From assembly GCA_963667845.2 (NCBI GenBank), contig CAXXVL010000001.1:64001-128000 (forward strand): a stretch of DNA of 64,000 bases, read 5' to 3'. Of the stretch, positions 20,029 through 29,357 are shown piece after piece. Under the pieces are notes generated by a model. It ran no database searches. It was given only the letters and a program-made list of their open reading frames with translations, and was not told the origin of the DNA. The position numbers and the translations under genes are program-made. Each line of letters starts with the position of its first letter. The first letter of the stretch is position 1. Origin of the DNA: Smithellaceae bacterium (GTDB lineage: Bacteria > Desulfobacterota > Syntrophia > Syntrophales > Smithellaceae).

Positions 20029-20811
20029 ATGACTATCAACCTCAAAACCGAAGATCATATTTTGTTTATCGAAGTCGACCGGCCGAAAAAATACAACGCC
20101 ATGACGCAGGAAATGTATCACCAGCTGGGCCGGGCGTATTTTAAGCTCGATGCCGATCCCGACGCCCGTGTCGGCCTGGTGTATGCCGTCGGTCCTCATT
20201 TTACAGCGGGGCTGGAACTCACGGACTGGGGCGGGACCTTCGACGCCGGAAAAGGTTTTCCCTTTGTCCCGGAGGATGAAATTGACCCGTTTTACATGAT
20301 GAGCGAAACCCGCTGCCGCAAGCCCATCGTTCTGGCCGTCCAGGGCTATTGTTACACCTGGGGCTTTGAGATGATGCTCAACACCGATATCCGGGTTGCC
20401 GCCACCGACACGCGCTTCGGCATGCTGGAGGTGAAGCGCGGATTCTTTCCGGGTGCCGGGGCGACGCTGAGGCTCGCCTGCGAGATCGGCTGGGCCAACG
20501 CGATGCGTTACATGCTGACGGGCGACGAAATGAGCGGGCCGGAGGCTTACCGCCTGGGGCTGGTTCAGGAGCTTGCCGAACCCGGGCAGCAGTTCGACCG
20601 CGCACTGGAAATAGCCAGGCACGTAGCCGCTGCCGCACCGCTGGGTGTTGAGTATGCTTTAAAATTAAGCCGTCTGGCCGCGCGTGAGGGCGAAGAAGCC
20701 GGCAAGGGTTTGGTTTATCCGGCGATGGAAGAGGTCATGAAAAGCGAAGATATGAAAGAAGGTCTGCAATCGTTTATCGAAAGGCGCGCCGCGGTATTTA
20801 AGGGGAAATAA
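20029..20811 (+). CDS. Crotonase/enoyl-CoA hydratase family protein
   Basis: DRPKKYNA, HFTAGLEL, KPIVLAVQG, EVKRGFFPGAG, EGLQSFIERR. Confidence 0.9.
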   Translation: MTINLKTEDHILFIEVDRPKKYNAMTQEMYHQLGRAYFKLDADPDARVGLVYAVGPHFTAGLELTDWGGTFDAGKGFPFVPEDEIDPFYMMSETRCRKPIVLAVQGYCYTWGFEMMLNTDIRVAATDTRFGMLEVKRGFFPGAGATLRLACEIGWANAMRYMLTGDEMSGPEAYRLGLVQELAEPGQQFDRALEIARHVAAAAPLGVEYALKLSRLAAREGEEAGKGLVYPAMEEVMKSEDMKEGLQSFIERRAAVFKGK

Positions 20812-20999
20812 CGCGGAGAGCGGAGTCGGTAAAGAAGGCGGACGAATGTTGTTTAACGGCAGTAAATGAAAAACGGCTTTGCATTACTGATGCTCTGGCA
20901 GGAGGCATGTACACGGATCTGGAAAAGTGAGCTGCGTGTTTGCAGGGACAAGGATTCGTTTCATTTTGCGCCTTTAATTTTCTTGAGGAGGGATTCAGT

Positions 21000-22826
21000 A
21001 TGGCTCACAGTAATTGGTTGTATCAGACGCGGGACATCATGTTCCAGATCAAAGAGTGGCTCGGCGTGGAAAAGCTCTTGGGCCTTGACGCGTATAAGGA
21101 TTACTACGGGATGGACGACATCGACAGCTTTCTCGATGTCAATTTCAAAGTTTGCCGCGACGTGATGTGTCCCGCCAACAAAGACGCCGATGAACCCGGC
21201 GCGAAATTTGTGGGCGGCAATGAACATGCGGTGGTGACTCCCGACTCGTTCAAGAACGTTTATAAAACTATTATGGATGCGGAGCTGGGCCCCCAGTTCG
21301 GCTACCGCGGCGAAGGCAAAATACCGCTGTGCTGGTATGCTCCGATTCTGGAGATGCAGTCCGCCGCGTCGCCGTCGATCGTCATGTTCTGGTGTCTGAC
21401 GCAGGGCGCGATCACCGTGCTTCATGAATTTGCCACGCAAAAACAGCAGGACCTGTTCATCCCCAAACTGCGGACCGGCGAATGGGGCGGCACCATGGGG
21501 CTTACCGAACCGGGCGCAGGCTCCGAAGTCGGCGCGGTTCAAAGCAAGGCTTTTCCCACCGACACGCCCGGCAAGTACAAACTCACCGGGACGAAATGCT
21601 TCATCTCTTCCGGAGACCATGACCTGGCCCAAAACATCATTCACCTGATGCTGGCCAAGACGCCGGGCGCCAAAGAAGGCACCGCCGGCATATCGCTTTT
21701 CATCGTACCCAAGTTCTGGGTCAACGAGGACGGCTCGCAGGGCGCCTGGAATGACGTCACCACCATGGGGATTGAGCACAAACTGGGCATTCACGGTTCA
21801 ACGACCGCCACTTTGTCCATGGGTGAAAACGATAACTGCTACGGCTGGATCGTCGGCGAAGCGGAAGTGAAAGACGGCCGCGGCATCGGCATGAAGCAGA
21901 TGTTTGCCTATATGAACGAAGAGCGCCTGAACACGGGCTTGTTCTCGTTGGGCTGCATCGGTTCCGCCTATTACGCCGCATTGGATTACACCAAGCTGCG
22001 CGTGCAGAGCAAGCATTCCACCAACCCCAAGGGCCCCAGCGTCCGGATCATCGAACACGAAGACGTCCGCCGCATGCTGCTGTCCCAGAAGTCGATTCTG
22101 GAGGCCTGCCGGTCGCTCATTTACAAGTCCTATCTCTACCGCGACCTGGCGGTAGATGCCGCCACGCCCGAAGAGCGGGAATATTATGATGATATGTTTG
22201 CGATCAACAATCCCATGTGCAAGGCTTATACATCCGATATGGCGAGGCTCACCACCAGCGACGCCATCAACTGCCATGGCGGCTATGGTTTCACGGAAGA
22301 GTACGCCCCGGCGGAACTGTACCGGGACGTTGTGATTTACGGAATCTGGGAAGGCACCAACTTCATCCAGGCTCAGGATTATACCGGCCGCAAGTTCACC
22401 ATGAAGGACGGCGCGCCGTTCAAAAAATGGGTAGCCCAAATCGACGACTTCGTCGCCGGCAAGAAGACGGATGAGTTTGCGGCGGAATTTGCAATGATGG
22501 CGGAAGCCATGACGGCCTTCAAAGACATCGTCAACATGAATGACGCCTGGACGAAGGGCGACAAACAGATGAAACAACTTTTTGCCACCCGGACCCTGCA
22601 TGCAGGCGCCAGAGTCTACTGCGGCATGCTGCTTTTGGACCAGGCGCTTCTGGCTTCGGCAAAGATGAAAGAGAAAGGCGAAATCGACGCCGATTTCTAC
22701 AAAGGCAAAATTGCCACGGCCCGGTTCTATGTCATGAATCATGTTCCCGATATCTTCGGATATCTTAAAACCATGAAGTACGGCGACCGCAGCGCCATTG
22801 ATATCCCCGAAGAAAGCTTCATGTAG
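21000..22826 (+). CDS. Acyl-CoA dehydrogenase (~600 aa class)
   Basis: GTMGLTEPGAGS, GTKCFIS, GISLFIVPK, EHKLGIHGS, MNEERL, HGGYGF, IWEGTNFIQA. Confidence 0.94.
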   Translation: MAHSNWLYQTRDIMFQIKEWLGVEKLLGLDAYKDYYGMDDIDSFLDVNFKVCRDVMCPANKDADEPGAKFVGGNEHAVVTPDSFKNVYKTIMDAELGPQFGYRGEGKIPLCWYAPILEMQSAASPSIVMFWCLTQGAITVLHEFATQKQQDLFIPKLRTGEWGGTMGLTEPGAGSEVGAVQSKAFPTDTPGKYKLTGTKCFISSGDHDLAQNIIHLMLAKTPGAKEGTAGISLFIVPKFWVNEDGSQGAWNDVTTMGIEHKLGIHGSTTATLSMGENDNCYGWIVGEAEVKDGRGIGMKQMFAYMNEERLNTGLFSLGCIGSAYYAALDYTKLRVQSKHSTNPKGPSVRIIEHEDVRRMLLSQKSILEACRSLIYKSYLYRDLAVDAATPEEREYYDDMFAINNPMCKAYTSDMARLTTSDAINCHGGYGFTEEYAPAELYRDVVIYGIWEGTNFIQAQDYTGRKFTMKDGAPFKKWVAQIDDFVAGKKTDEFAAEFAMMAEAMTAFKDIVNMNDAWTKGDKQMKQLFATRTLHAGARVYCGMLLLDQALLASAKMKEKGEIDADFYKGKIATARFYVMNHVPDIFGYLKTMKYGDRSAIDIPEESFM

Positions 22827-22866
22827 GCTTTTAGACTGTAGGCTGTTAGGCTGTGGTAAAAAATTT

Positions 22867-23148
22867 GTCATTCCCGCGAAGGCGGGAATCCACTTTTGTC
22901 ATTACGAGCCGCCTCTCAGGCGGCGTGGTAATCTCATGTATTTCTCGAAAGGCTGAAGCGCGAATGATGCGCTTCAGCCTTTCGTCTTAACGGAAAGCTG
23001 GAATGAGCCAAGAAGAGAGTTGACCCGCTTCGGCTTTCAGTGCAAGCGTTTTCGTCATTGCGAACCGTCTCTACCCTAAAGGGCACGCGTCAGACGATGT
23101 GGCAATCTTTTCCACCGTCATTCCGGCGAAGACTGTGGTGGCAATCTT
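22867..23148. repeat. Cluster of GTCATT-initiated REP-like palindromes
   Basis: GTCATTCCCGCGAAGGCGGGAATCC (22867), GTCATTACGAG...GTGGTAATCT (22898), GTCATTGCGA...GTGGCAATCT (23054), GTCATTCCGGCGAAG...GTGGCAATCT (~23117). Confidence 0.7.
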
Positions 23149-23460
23149 GTATTCTAAAAGGTGGCAGTTACACCGAGGCATGCCTTTGCTCAATGTCCTC
23201 GACTGTGGCGCTAAGCGTGCTCCGCTACAGCCGAAAACTCGCCCTTCGGGCTCAAACAGTTCGGCTGTCTGACGCTATGCCGCGCCAAGCGCCACAACGT
23301 CTCGGCCATGATTCGCGCAGTCAAGCCCCGGTGCAACTGCGATTCATTAAAGATTGATTGATGTCTACTGATTGGATGAATAGTAACTTACAATTTTTGG
23401 GCGTCCTCTTGTGTAACCCTCAAAAAAGGCTGAAGCGCATCATTCGCGTTTCAGCCTTTT
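22946..23460. repeat. Two inverted copies of a ~39-nt terminator-like hairpin (22946-22984 and ~23424-23460)
   Basis: CGAAAGGCTGAAGCGC-GAATGAT-GCGCTTCAGCCTTTCG; the second copy is its reverse complement, loop included, with one internal mismatch. Confidence 0.8.
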
Positions 23461-23658
23461 TACTTATCGGACAAATTTCCTTTGCTATGCCCGCCCAAGT
23501 ATTTCCCGGTAATCAAGACCAAAAGCCGTGTATCAAAATTTCATAGTGCTTGATTTAATGACGAATTATCTCTTTTCATTCAGATTTGAAAAGAGTAGGA
23601 TGGTAACAAATTCCGGGAAAAACCAGCTGCGGTATATTAATTGTCAGGAGTAGGATAA

Positions 23659-24048
23659 ATGAAAATAACATCACTGTTTGCTCCCATTGAAAAACTTATT
23701 ACCGAGCATGGCTCTGCTGTTATACAAGAGAAGCATATTGCCTTGCTGAAAGAGCAGCTTACGCTTCTCAAAGAAAAGTTCTCTGTTCTTGAATCTGAGA
23801 ATGAAACACTTAAAACTGAGAATCAAAATCTTAAAACCGATAATGAACAACTGAAAAAGAAAACAGAAGAATATAAAAACACGCTTCACAAAAAACCTCC
23901 AAAGAAAGAATACGTTTGCCCACGTTGTCATGAACCAGCATTTAGACTTATTAAACAACTTCCACATCCAAATGACTTTTTTGCAAATAACGGTGTGAAG
24001 GTGCGTCTACATCGATGTGAGAAATGTCATTATGAAGAAACAATATAA
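23659..24048 (+). CDS. Hypothetical coiled-coil plus Zn-ribbon protein, cassette-like
   Basis: Heptad repeats (LESENETLKTENQNLKTDNEQL), CPRC...CEKC; AT-rich; stop 2 nt before an attC-like site. Confidence 0.7.
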   Translation: MKITSLFAPIEKLITEHGSAVIQEKHIALLKEQLTLLKEKFSVLESENETLKTENQNLKTDNEQLKKKTEEYKNTLHKKPPKKEYVCPRCHEPAFRLIKQLPHPNDFFANNGVKVRLHRCEKCHYEETI

Positions 24049-24050
24049 CC

Positions 24051-24105
24051 TCCTAACCCTTCAATCAAGCCGATCGGTACGCTCCGGCTGATTTGTGAGT
24101 TCGGA
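24051..24105 (+). other. Putative integron attC site 1
   Basis: R'' TCCTAAC, 5 nt, L'' AATCAAGCCG ... L' CGGCTGATT, 5 nt, R' GTTCGGA; 55 bp with a single bulged base in the L box. Confidence 0.7.
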
Positions 24106-24133
24106 GCGATTAACCATTTTTCATGGTAAATCT

Positions 24134-24862
24134 ATGGAAGAGCGTTTTATAAATCTTGCAAGACCAGACGAAATTGTCACAGAACTATTTCACGACAATT
24201 TGGAAGTGCTAAATGAGTTCTCTGTATATTTTTCCAAAGAGCTTCTTGAATTCGCTGAATTGTTTTCAGAAGCATATAAAAAACATTTAGAATTGAACTT
24301 ATTAGTAAAGGACACTGATAACAAACAAAAGGCATATGTATCAGCGTTAACATACTTACTGCTTGACAATCTATTAACATCGGTGAAGCTTTTTATATTG
24401 GGCTATGAGATTCCTTCTGGAAATCTTATGAGACAGGTTATTGAATCTGTTGCACTCGCTACTCTTTGTTCCCTAAGAGATAAAATTAAAATTACGGCTA
24501 AAGATAATAAAACGAAAGATATCCACTTCTATACAAGTTTTATTAATCGTAAATCGGAAGCAAAGTCATTTTTGGCCTTAAAATATTTGGAAGAGAATCA
24601 TGATAAGCTGCACATTAACAAGGATGCAATTGACTCTCTAAAGAAGACAAAAACTTTTTATCACTATTTTAGCCATCCAGGAGAAATGGGCTTGGCGTCA
24701 TTGGTGTCTTTCGAAGAAACTTGCAAATCATATATATGTGGTGGCTTTGATAGAGGAAAAAGTGAACAGTACAAAAAGGAACTTGTACAGAGAATAAACT
24801 TTTGTAAAATATTACCAAATCTTTTTCAGAGCTTAATTAATAATGTTAAACAATTGTCATGA
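24134..24862 (+). CDS. Hypothetical protein (gene cassette), possibly HEPN-like helical fold
   Basis: AT-rich ORF between two attC-like sites; GNLMRQVIES and Y..FSHP motifs. Family call is tentative. Confidence 0.6.
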   Translation: MEERFINLARPDEIVTELFHDNLEVLNEFSVYFSKELLEFAELFSEAYKKHLELNLLVKDTDNKQKAYVSALTYLLLDNLLTSVKLFILGYEIPSGNLMRQVIESVALATLCSLRDKIKITAKDNKTKDIHFYTSFINRKSEAKSFLALKYLEENHDKLHINKDAIDSLKKTKTFYHYFSHPGEMGLASLVSFEETCKSYICGGFDRGKSEQYKKELVQRINFCKILPNLFQSLINNVKQLS

Positions 24863-24877
24863 GAATATTAATTGAAC

Positions 24878-24944
24878 GCCGAACAAACCGCTCAAGCCCG
24901 CTCGCGGCCCCGCTCGGCTGCTCCGGTTCAACTCGTCGTTCGGC
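24878..24944 (+). other. Putative integron attC site 2
   Basis: R'' GCCGAAC, 5 nt, L'' GCTCAAGC ... L' GTTCAAC, 5 nt, R' GTTCGGC; R boxes are perfectly complementary; 67 bp. Confidence 0.65.
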
Positions 24945-24977
24945 AAATAACAAACCGAGCAACAGGAGGAACACACG

Positions 24978-25349
24978 ATGATCCCGGAAAAATTGCTGGA
25001 AATCATGAAAAAAGACGGGGTCGTTGCCATTGCAACGTTGGGAAAGGATGGGCCGCATATGGTCAACACCTGGAATAGCTACACCAGAATATCATCAGAC
25101 GGACGATTGTTTATCCCTGCGGGTTACATGCATAAGACAGAGGCGAACGTTGCTTACAATCCGAATGTGCTGATTACGCTGGGAAGCAGCAAGGTTGAAG
25201 GTTTGCATGGCGCGGGTGCCGGTTTCCGGATCAAAGGGAAGGCGGCCTTTATAACGTCCGGACCTGATTTTGATTTCATGAAAGAAAAGTTCAGTTGGCT
25301 GCGCGCCACCCTGGCTGTTACAATTGAATCTGCCACTCAAACTTGGTGA
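24978..25349 (+). CDS. FMN-binding split-barrel protein (pyridoxamine 5'-phosphate oxidase family)
   Basis: GVVAIAT.G.DGPH.VNTWNSY, MHKTEANV, LGS.KV.G..G.G.GF; resembles Desulfovibrio FMN-binding protein. Confidence 0.88.
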   Translation: MIPEKLLEIMKKDGVVAIATLGKDGPHMVNTWNSYTRISSDGRLFIPAGYMHKTEANVAYNPNVLITLGSSKVEGLHGAGAGFRIKGKAAFITSGPDFDFMKEKFSWLRATLAVTIESATQTW

Positions 25350-25432
25350 AACACAATTGCAAGATTGAACCGGCTGAAACGGGAAAATTTCTTTACAAAA
25401 CAATTCTTAGTAAAATTGCATGGGAGGTGGAT

Positions 25433-25678
25433 ATGGACGTGGACGTTCGAAACATGAAAGGCAATCCGGGAATCTGGGAAAAATTGTCGTGGTCGGATCT
25501 GAGTATTAAAGAAAAAGAACTCTGGATGCTCTTAGGCTGGCAGCAGCGCACATGGGATAGGAACGAAGCGCCCGCAAGCACCAATAAGGTTTGGAAGGAC
25601 TTGAACTTTCAGGAACAAAACGCCGCGGTGAATCTCGGATTTACCGAGGATATCTGGAATAATTTCGAGGATGAGTAA
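25433..25678 (+). CDS. Small Trp-rich protein with two internal repeats
   Basis: GGAGG RBS; W.DL...E......LG.....W occurs twice. Confidence 0.65.
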   Translation: MDVDVRNMKGNPGIWEKLSWSDLSIKEKELWMLLGWQQRTWDRNEAPASTNKVWKDLNFQEQNAAVNLGFTEDIWNNFEDE

Positions 25679-25856
25679 TGGTGTCAGGTGATTTGCCAAG
25701 CCGGTCATTCTCCTGCCGGACCAATCATGGATTGATCCGCACATTTTGTTCTTGAATCAACGTTAAAACATTTCGGTTCGATCTGCAGGATTGAACCAGC
25801 TGAGCATTATGACAACAAGCCTGGCGTTCATTACATAGGCAAAGGGGGAAGCAGAA

Positions 25857-26822
25857 ATGCGTTTCAGTCATTTCACGGCGGGTGCTCTTATCGTGATGCT
25901 GCATCTGGTTGTTCCGCTTGTTTTGATCTTGTGGACCGCGATGAGAAGCTATGCCAGCATAACGGCGTGGATTGTCCAAATACTGATCCTCTTTTTTTAT
26001 ATCGCCTTCATTTATCTTTTAGGCGCGTGGGTTTACGCCAGCTTCTATTTGCGCTATCTGATCATCGTCCTGGCTGTCATCGCCGCCGTGTGGTCCTTCA
26101 TGAACGTAAGAAGTCTGCCACTTTTCGTAACACCCCGGTTCTCAGGATGGGCGGCCTACGGCGCGGGGGTGATCGTCATGGTAGTGTTGGCTTTCTTCAT
26201 CGCGGGTTCTATCCGGGCCCACTATTATGATGAAGCAGCCGTCCATCTGGCCTTTCCCTTCAAGAACGGCACGTATGCGGTCTTTGAAGGCGGCAAAGGC
26301 AAGGCGAGTTCCCTCATGAATTATCATTACGGAGCATCGATTCACCAGGGCGCCCGCACCAATCTTTCCATGAGATACGCGGTGGATATCACGAAGGTCA
26401 CCCCCTGGGGTAACGACGCGGCCGGATTCCTGCCGACAAAAAACGAGAAGTATGCCGTTTTTAATCAAGTGGTCTACAGCCCCTGTGATGGAGAAGTTTC
26501 CGACGTTGAAGACAAATGGCCCAATCAGACGCCCTGGAGCGGCCAAGCTCCCTACAACGTCGGCAACCGCATCCTCATCACGACCAATGACTTCGGCGTC
26601 CTCATGGGGCATCTGCAGAACGGGAGCATCCTGGTGAAGCCGGGCGACCGGGTTGCGAAGGGGCAGCCTCTCGCAAAGTCCGGCAACTCCGGATGGACAA
26701 GCCAGCCGCACCTCCACATCCAGGCGATGAAAAGAGCCGCAGGTTCTTTCTGGAGCTGGGAGGGATTGCCTATTTTCTTCGACCAGAAGAACCCGGTCAA
26801 GAACAGTCTCTTCTTTGAATAA
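25857..26822 (+). CDS. Membrane-anchored M23 family metallopeptidase
   Basis: Four N-terminal TM helices; YAVDI, GHLQNGS, VKPGDRV.KGQPL..SGNSG.TSQPHLH. Confidence 0.85.
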   Translation: MRFSHFTAGALIVMLHLVVPLVLILWTAMRSYASITAWIVQILILFFYIAFIYLLGAWVYASFYLRYLIIVLAVIAAVWSFMNVRSLPLFVTPRFSGWAAYGAGVIVMVVLAFFIAGSIRAHYYDEAAVHLAFPFKNGTYAVFEGGKGKASSLMNYHYGASIHQGARTNLSMRYAVDITKVTPWGNDAAGFLPTKNEKYAVFNQVVYSPCDGEVSDVEDKWPNQTPWSGQAPYNVGNRILITTNDFGVLMGHLQNGSILVKPGDRVAKGQPLAKSGNSGWTSQPHLHIQAMKRAAGSFWSWEGLPIFFDQKNPVKNSLFFE

Positions 26823-27144
26823 TGACCCTTGGGCGGATGCGACCAATCCCGGTCCGGTCAGATGAGTAGCTGACACGTTTCTGAGCGGGGCAGTGAAATG
26901 CCGGGAGAATAATATGAACTTCACGCTTCTAACATGAACCATCAGTCCAGCCGGCCGCTGTGCTCCCGCGTGATTGTTTCGTAAAGCGGCGCGAATATGA
27001 TCCAAAGTACAGTTCGTTCTGTTCTCGCAATTCATGCAATATGGCTTTTTCCTGCTATACGTACCAAGTGGATGTTTGACAGATAAATAAATATTGGTCA
27101 TCATCTATCTGCTTTTCTTGATGATTTAAGAAAAGGAGGCAGAA

Positions 27145-28296
27145 ATGACCCACATAGAGAGTATAGTACAGAAGACAGATTTATCATCTGAAAGCATAAT
27201 CTCACCCGCCGTTAAGACACCTGATTATCATCAAACGAGATTGCGTTTCACATCCCACCATGAGGAAAACATAGAAGCCCTTGGCAAGATTCTGAAGCGT
27301 CTTTCAGGAATGGATTTACCGGGGAAGGAACATGTGGAGAGTTATCTTCGCTACCTGACCAGACGTAACCGCAAACCAAGAACATTGCACAGCCGTTACG
27401 AAGCGATAGTCATTTTTATTGGCACGATCAGGGATAACGGCAGGACACGCCTTGAAGAAATCACAAGAAAAGACTTAGAGGCATTTATCGAGCACGAGCA
27501 GGACAGGGGCAATAAGATTACAACGATAAGAACAAAACTTGTGAGCGTTCAGGCCTTTCTTCGTTACCTCATGGAGGAAGAGATTGTTTCCTCGGATATA
27601 TTCAGCAGGAGGATACGACTGCGATTACCGGAACGGCTGCCTAAAGCCATTGATCCGGAAGATTTGCGGAAGTTTCTTTCCGTCATTAAAGACACGCGAG
27701 ACCGGGCCATGATTCTGATTCTGTTGCGAACGGGAATGCGGATAGGCGAACTGCTGAACACGAAGGTAATGGATGTCCACATTAAGGAACGGAATATCGA
27801 GATTTACGAAGGTGAAAAAAACCGTTTGGGTAGAGTGGTCTACCTCAGCGAGGATGCTGTTTCTGCTTTGCGGAAATGGTTGAAGGAGAGAGACACCTGG
27901 GAGGAGTATCTCTTTTATAGCCCCTCTGGGGGAACGGATACGATGTCCTACAGTGCCGCCTGGATGATCTTTCATAAATATCTAGTAAAGGCAGGATTAA
28001 CTCACAAGGGTTATAGCCTTCATGCTCTCAGGCATACCTTTGCCACAGAGCTTCTCAATGCCGGCATGCGCCTGGAGTGCCTGCAGGTATTGCTGGGACA
28101 CCGGTCCATAGAAGAGACGAGACGATACGCCCAGCTTACCGATAAGACCCGGGAGGAAGAATATTTTAAAGCCATGTCCAAGATAGAGAGGAGGAACAAG
28201 AATGATGATGACCGACACGATCATGAACTGGAGGCGGTTTTTGAAACGGAGAAACTGCTCACCCAATACCGTGAAAAACTATCTGAACATCATTAG
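27145..28296 (+). CDS. Tyrosine recombinase A (XerD-like, with N-terminal SAM-like domain)
   Basis: TGMRIGEL, EGEKNR, HALRHTFAT, LLGH...TRRY: all catalytic residues present. Confidence 0.93.
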   Translation: MTHIESIVQKTDLSSESIISPAVKTPDYHQTRLRFTSHHEENIEALGKILKRLSGMDLPGKEHVESYLRYLTRRNRKPRTLHSRYEAIVIFIGTIRDNGRTRLEEITRKDLEAFIEHEQDRGNKITTIRTKLVSVQAFLRYLMEEEIVSSDIFSRRIRLRLPERLPKAIDPEDLRKFLSVIKDTRDRAMILILLRTGMRIGELLNTKVMDVHIKERNIEIYEGEKNRLGRVVYLSEDAVSALRKWLKERDTWEEYLFYSPSGGTDTMSYSAAWMIFHKYLVKAGLTHKGYSLHALRHTFATELLNAGMRLECLQVLLGHRSIEETRRYAQLTDKTREEEYFKAMSKIERRNKNDDDRHDHELEAVFETEKLLTQYREKLSEHH

Positions 28297-29095
28297 GCAC
28301 TTTGTCATCTGGGTGGATGTTCCATTGGAGGAGGCGACACACTTAACGATCTCGCACTACATTGATCACCTGATGAGGAAAAGGCTGGCTCCCAAGACCA
28401 TAAACTGCCATGTAAACTGTATTCGCCAGTTTTACCATTACCTGCGTGATGAAGAAGGATTAACCATTATCAATCCTGTCCGCAGAAGCCACATCCAGAA
28501 GATGTCTCGTCCTCTACCCCGGCATTTAAGGGACGAACAGGTGGAAGACTTTTTTAAAGTTGTAAAAGGTTACCGTGATAAAGCGATGTTCATGCTGATG
28601 CTGCGTTGCGGATTAAGGGTGGAGGAAGTAGCCAACCTTACCATGGGTGTTATAGACGTCAAACGTAGAACTATCTTGGTTGAGGACGGTAAGGGAGGAA
28701 AAGACCGGATCGTCTACATGAGCAATGATGTTCTTCAAGCCCTTTCATGCTACCTGAAAGTAAGGTCGGCAGCCAGGGCAAGAAAAATCTTTCTGTCCGA
28801 AAAGGGAGAATCCAAAGGGCAGCCTATCTCCATTCGCGGCATTCAGAGGCGCATGGAACGTTATGCCCGCAAAGCGAAGATCAAATTATCCTGTCATCAT
28901 CTCCGGCACACAATGGCCACACAGATGTTGAATGCCGATGCTGACCTCTCCACCATCCAGGATCTTTTAGGACACAGTAATGTTAAGACCACGCAACGTT
29001 ACTGTCGTATATCAAATCTTAAAGTACAGCGGGATTACTTTAAAGCTATGGAGGTGATTATGCAACGAACGGTTTGCAGCCAACACAGTCCTTGA
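28202..29095 (+). CDS. Tyrosine recombinase B (XerD-like)
   Basis: CGLRVEEV, GKGGKDR, HHLRHTMAT, LLGHSNVKTTQRY. Confidence 0.93.
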   Translation: MMMTDTIMNWRRFLKRRNCSPNTVKNYLNIIRHFVIWVDVPLEEATHLTISHYIDHLMRKRLAPKTINCHVNCIRQFYHYLRDEEGLTIINPVRRSHIQKMSRPLPRHLRDEQVEDFFKVVKGYRDKAMFMLMLRCGLRVEEVANLTMGVIDVKRRTILVEDGKGGKDRIVYMSNDVLQALSCYLKVRSAARARKIFLSEKGESKGQPISIRGIQRRMERYARKAKIKLSCHHLRHTMATQMLNADADLSTIQDLLGHSNVKTTQRYCRISNLKVQRDYFKAMEVIMQRTVCSQHSP

Positions 29096-29357
29096 CGAAA
29101 GAACAAAAATATGAAAACTCATGCAATGTACAACTGATTAACATCAATAAGAAAAGCAGAATTTGGTTCGTATAGCTTCCTGCAATTCCCGTTTCTCTGT
29201 TTTGTCATTTTATGCTACATTACAACCGCAGCTTATTGCAATATGATAAGCATCGTCAGTAGCCGGACGGTGAGGAGAGAAAAAGATCAACCTCTCTTGT
29301 CAGGAGAGGTGATCCACTTCATACCTGATTCCTGAGCAACTGGAGGACCACTTACCC

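Larger units (their letters stand above)
27049..29183 (+). mobile_element. ~2.1 kb element with two tyrosine recombinases, inverted ends and a TTCCTGC direct repeat
   Basis: Left GCTATACGTACCAAGT (27054-27069) matches the reverse complement of right ATTTGGTTCGTATAGC (29161-29176) at 14/16. Inner IR TCTGCTTTTCTT (27108) / AAGAAAAGCAGA (29149). TTCCTGC at 27049 and 29177. Confidence 0.8.

Noticed and set aside
26925..27020. Third attC site (TCTAAC or ATGAAC ... GTTCGT)
   Set aside because: No convincing L''/L' pairing at the right spacing; at best degenerate.
27145..29095. Integron integrase, or chromosomal XerC/XerD
   Set aside because: No IntI-specific insertion or attI arrangement visible; a tandem pair bounded by repeats fits a mobile element better.
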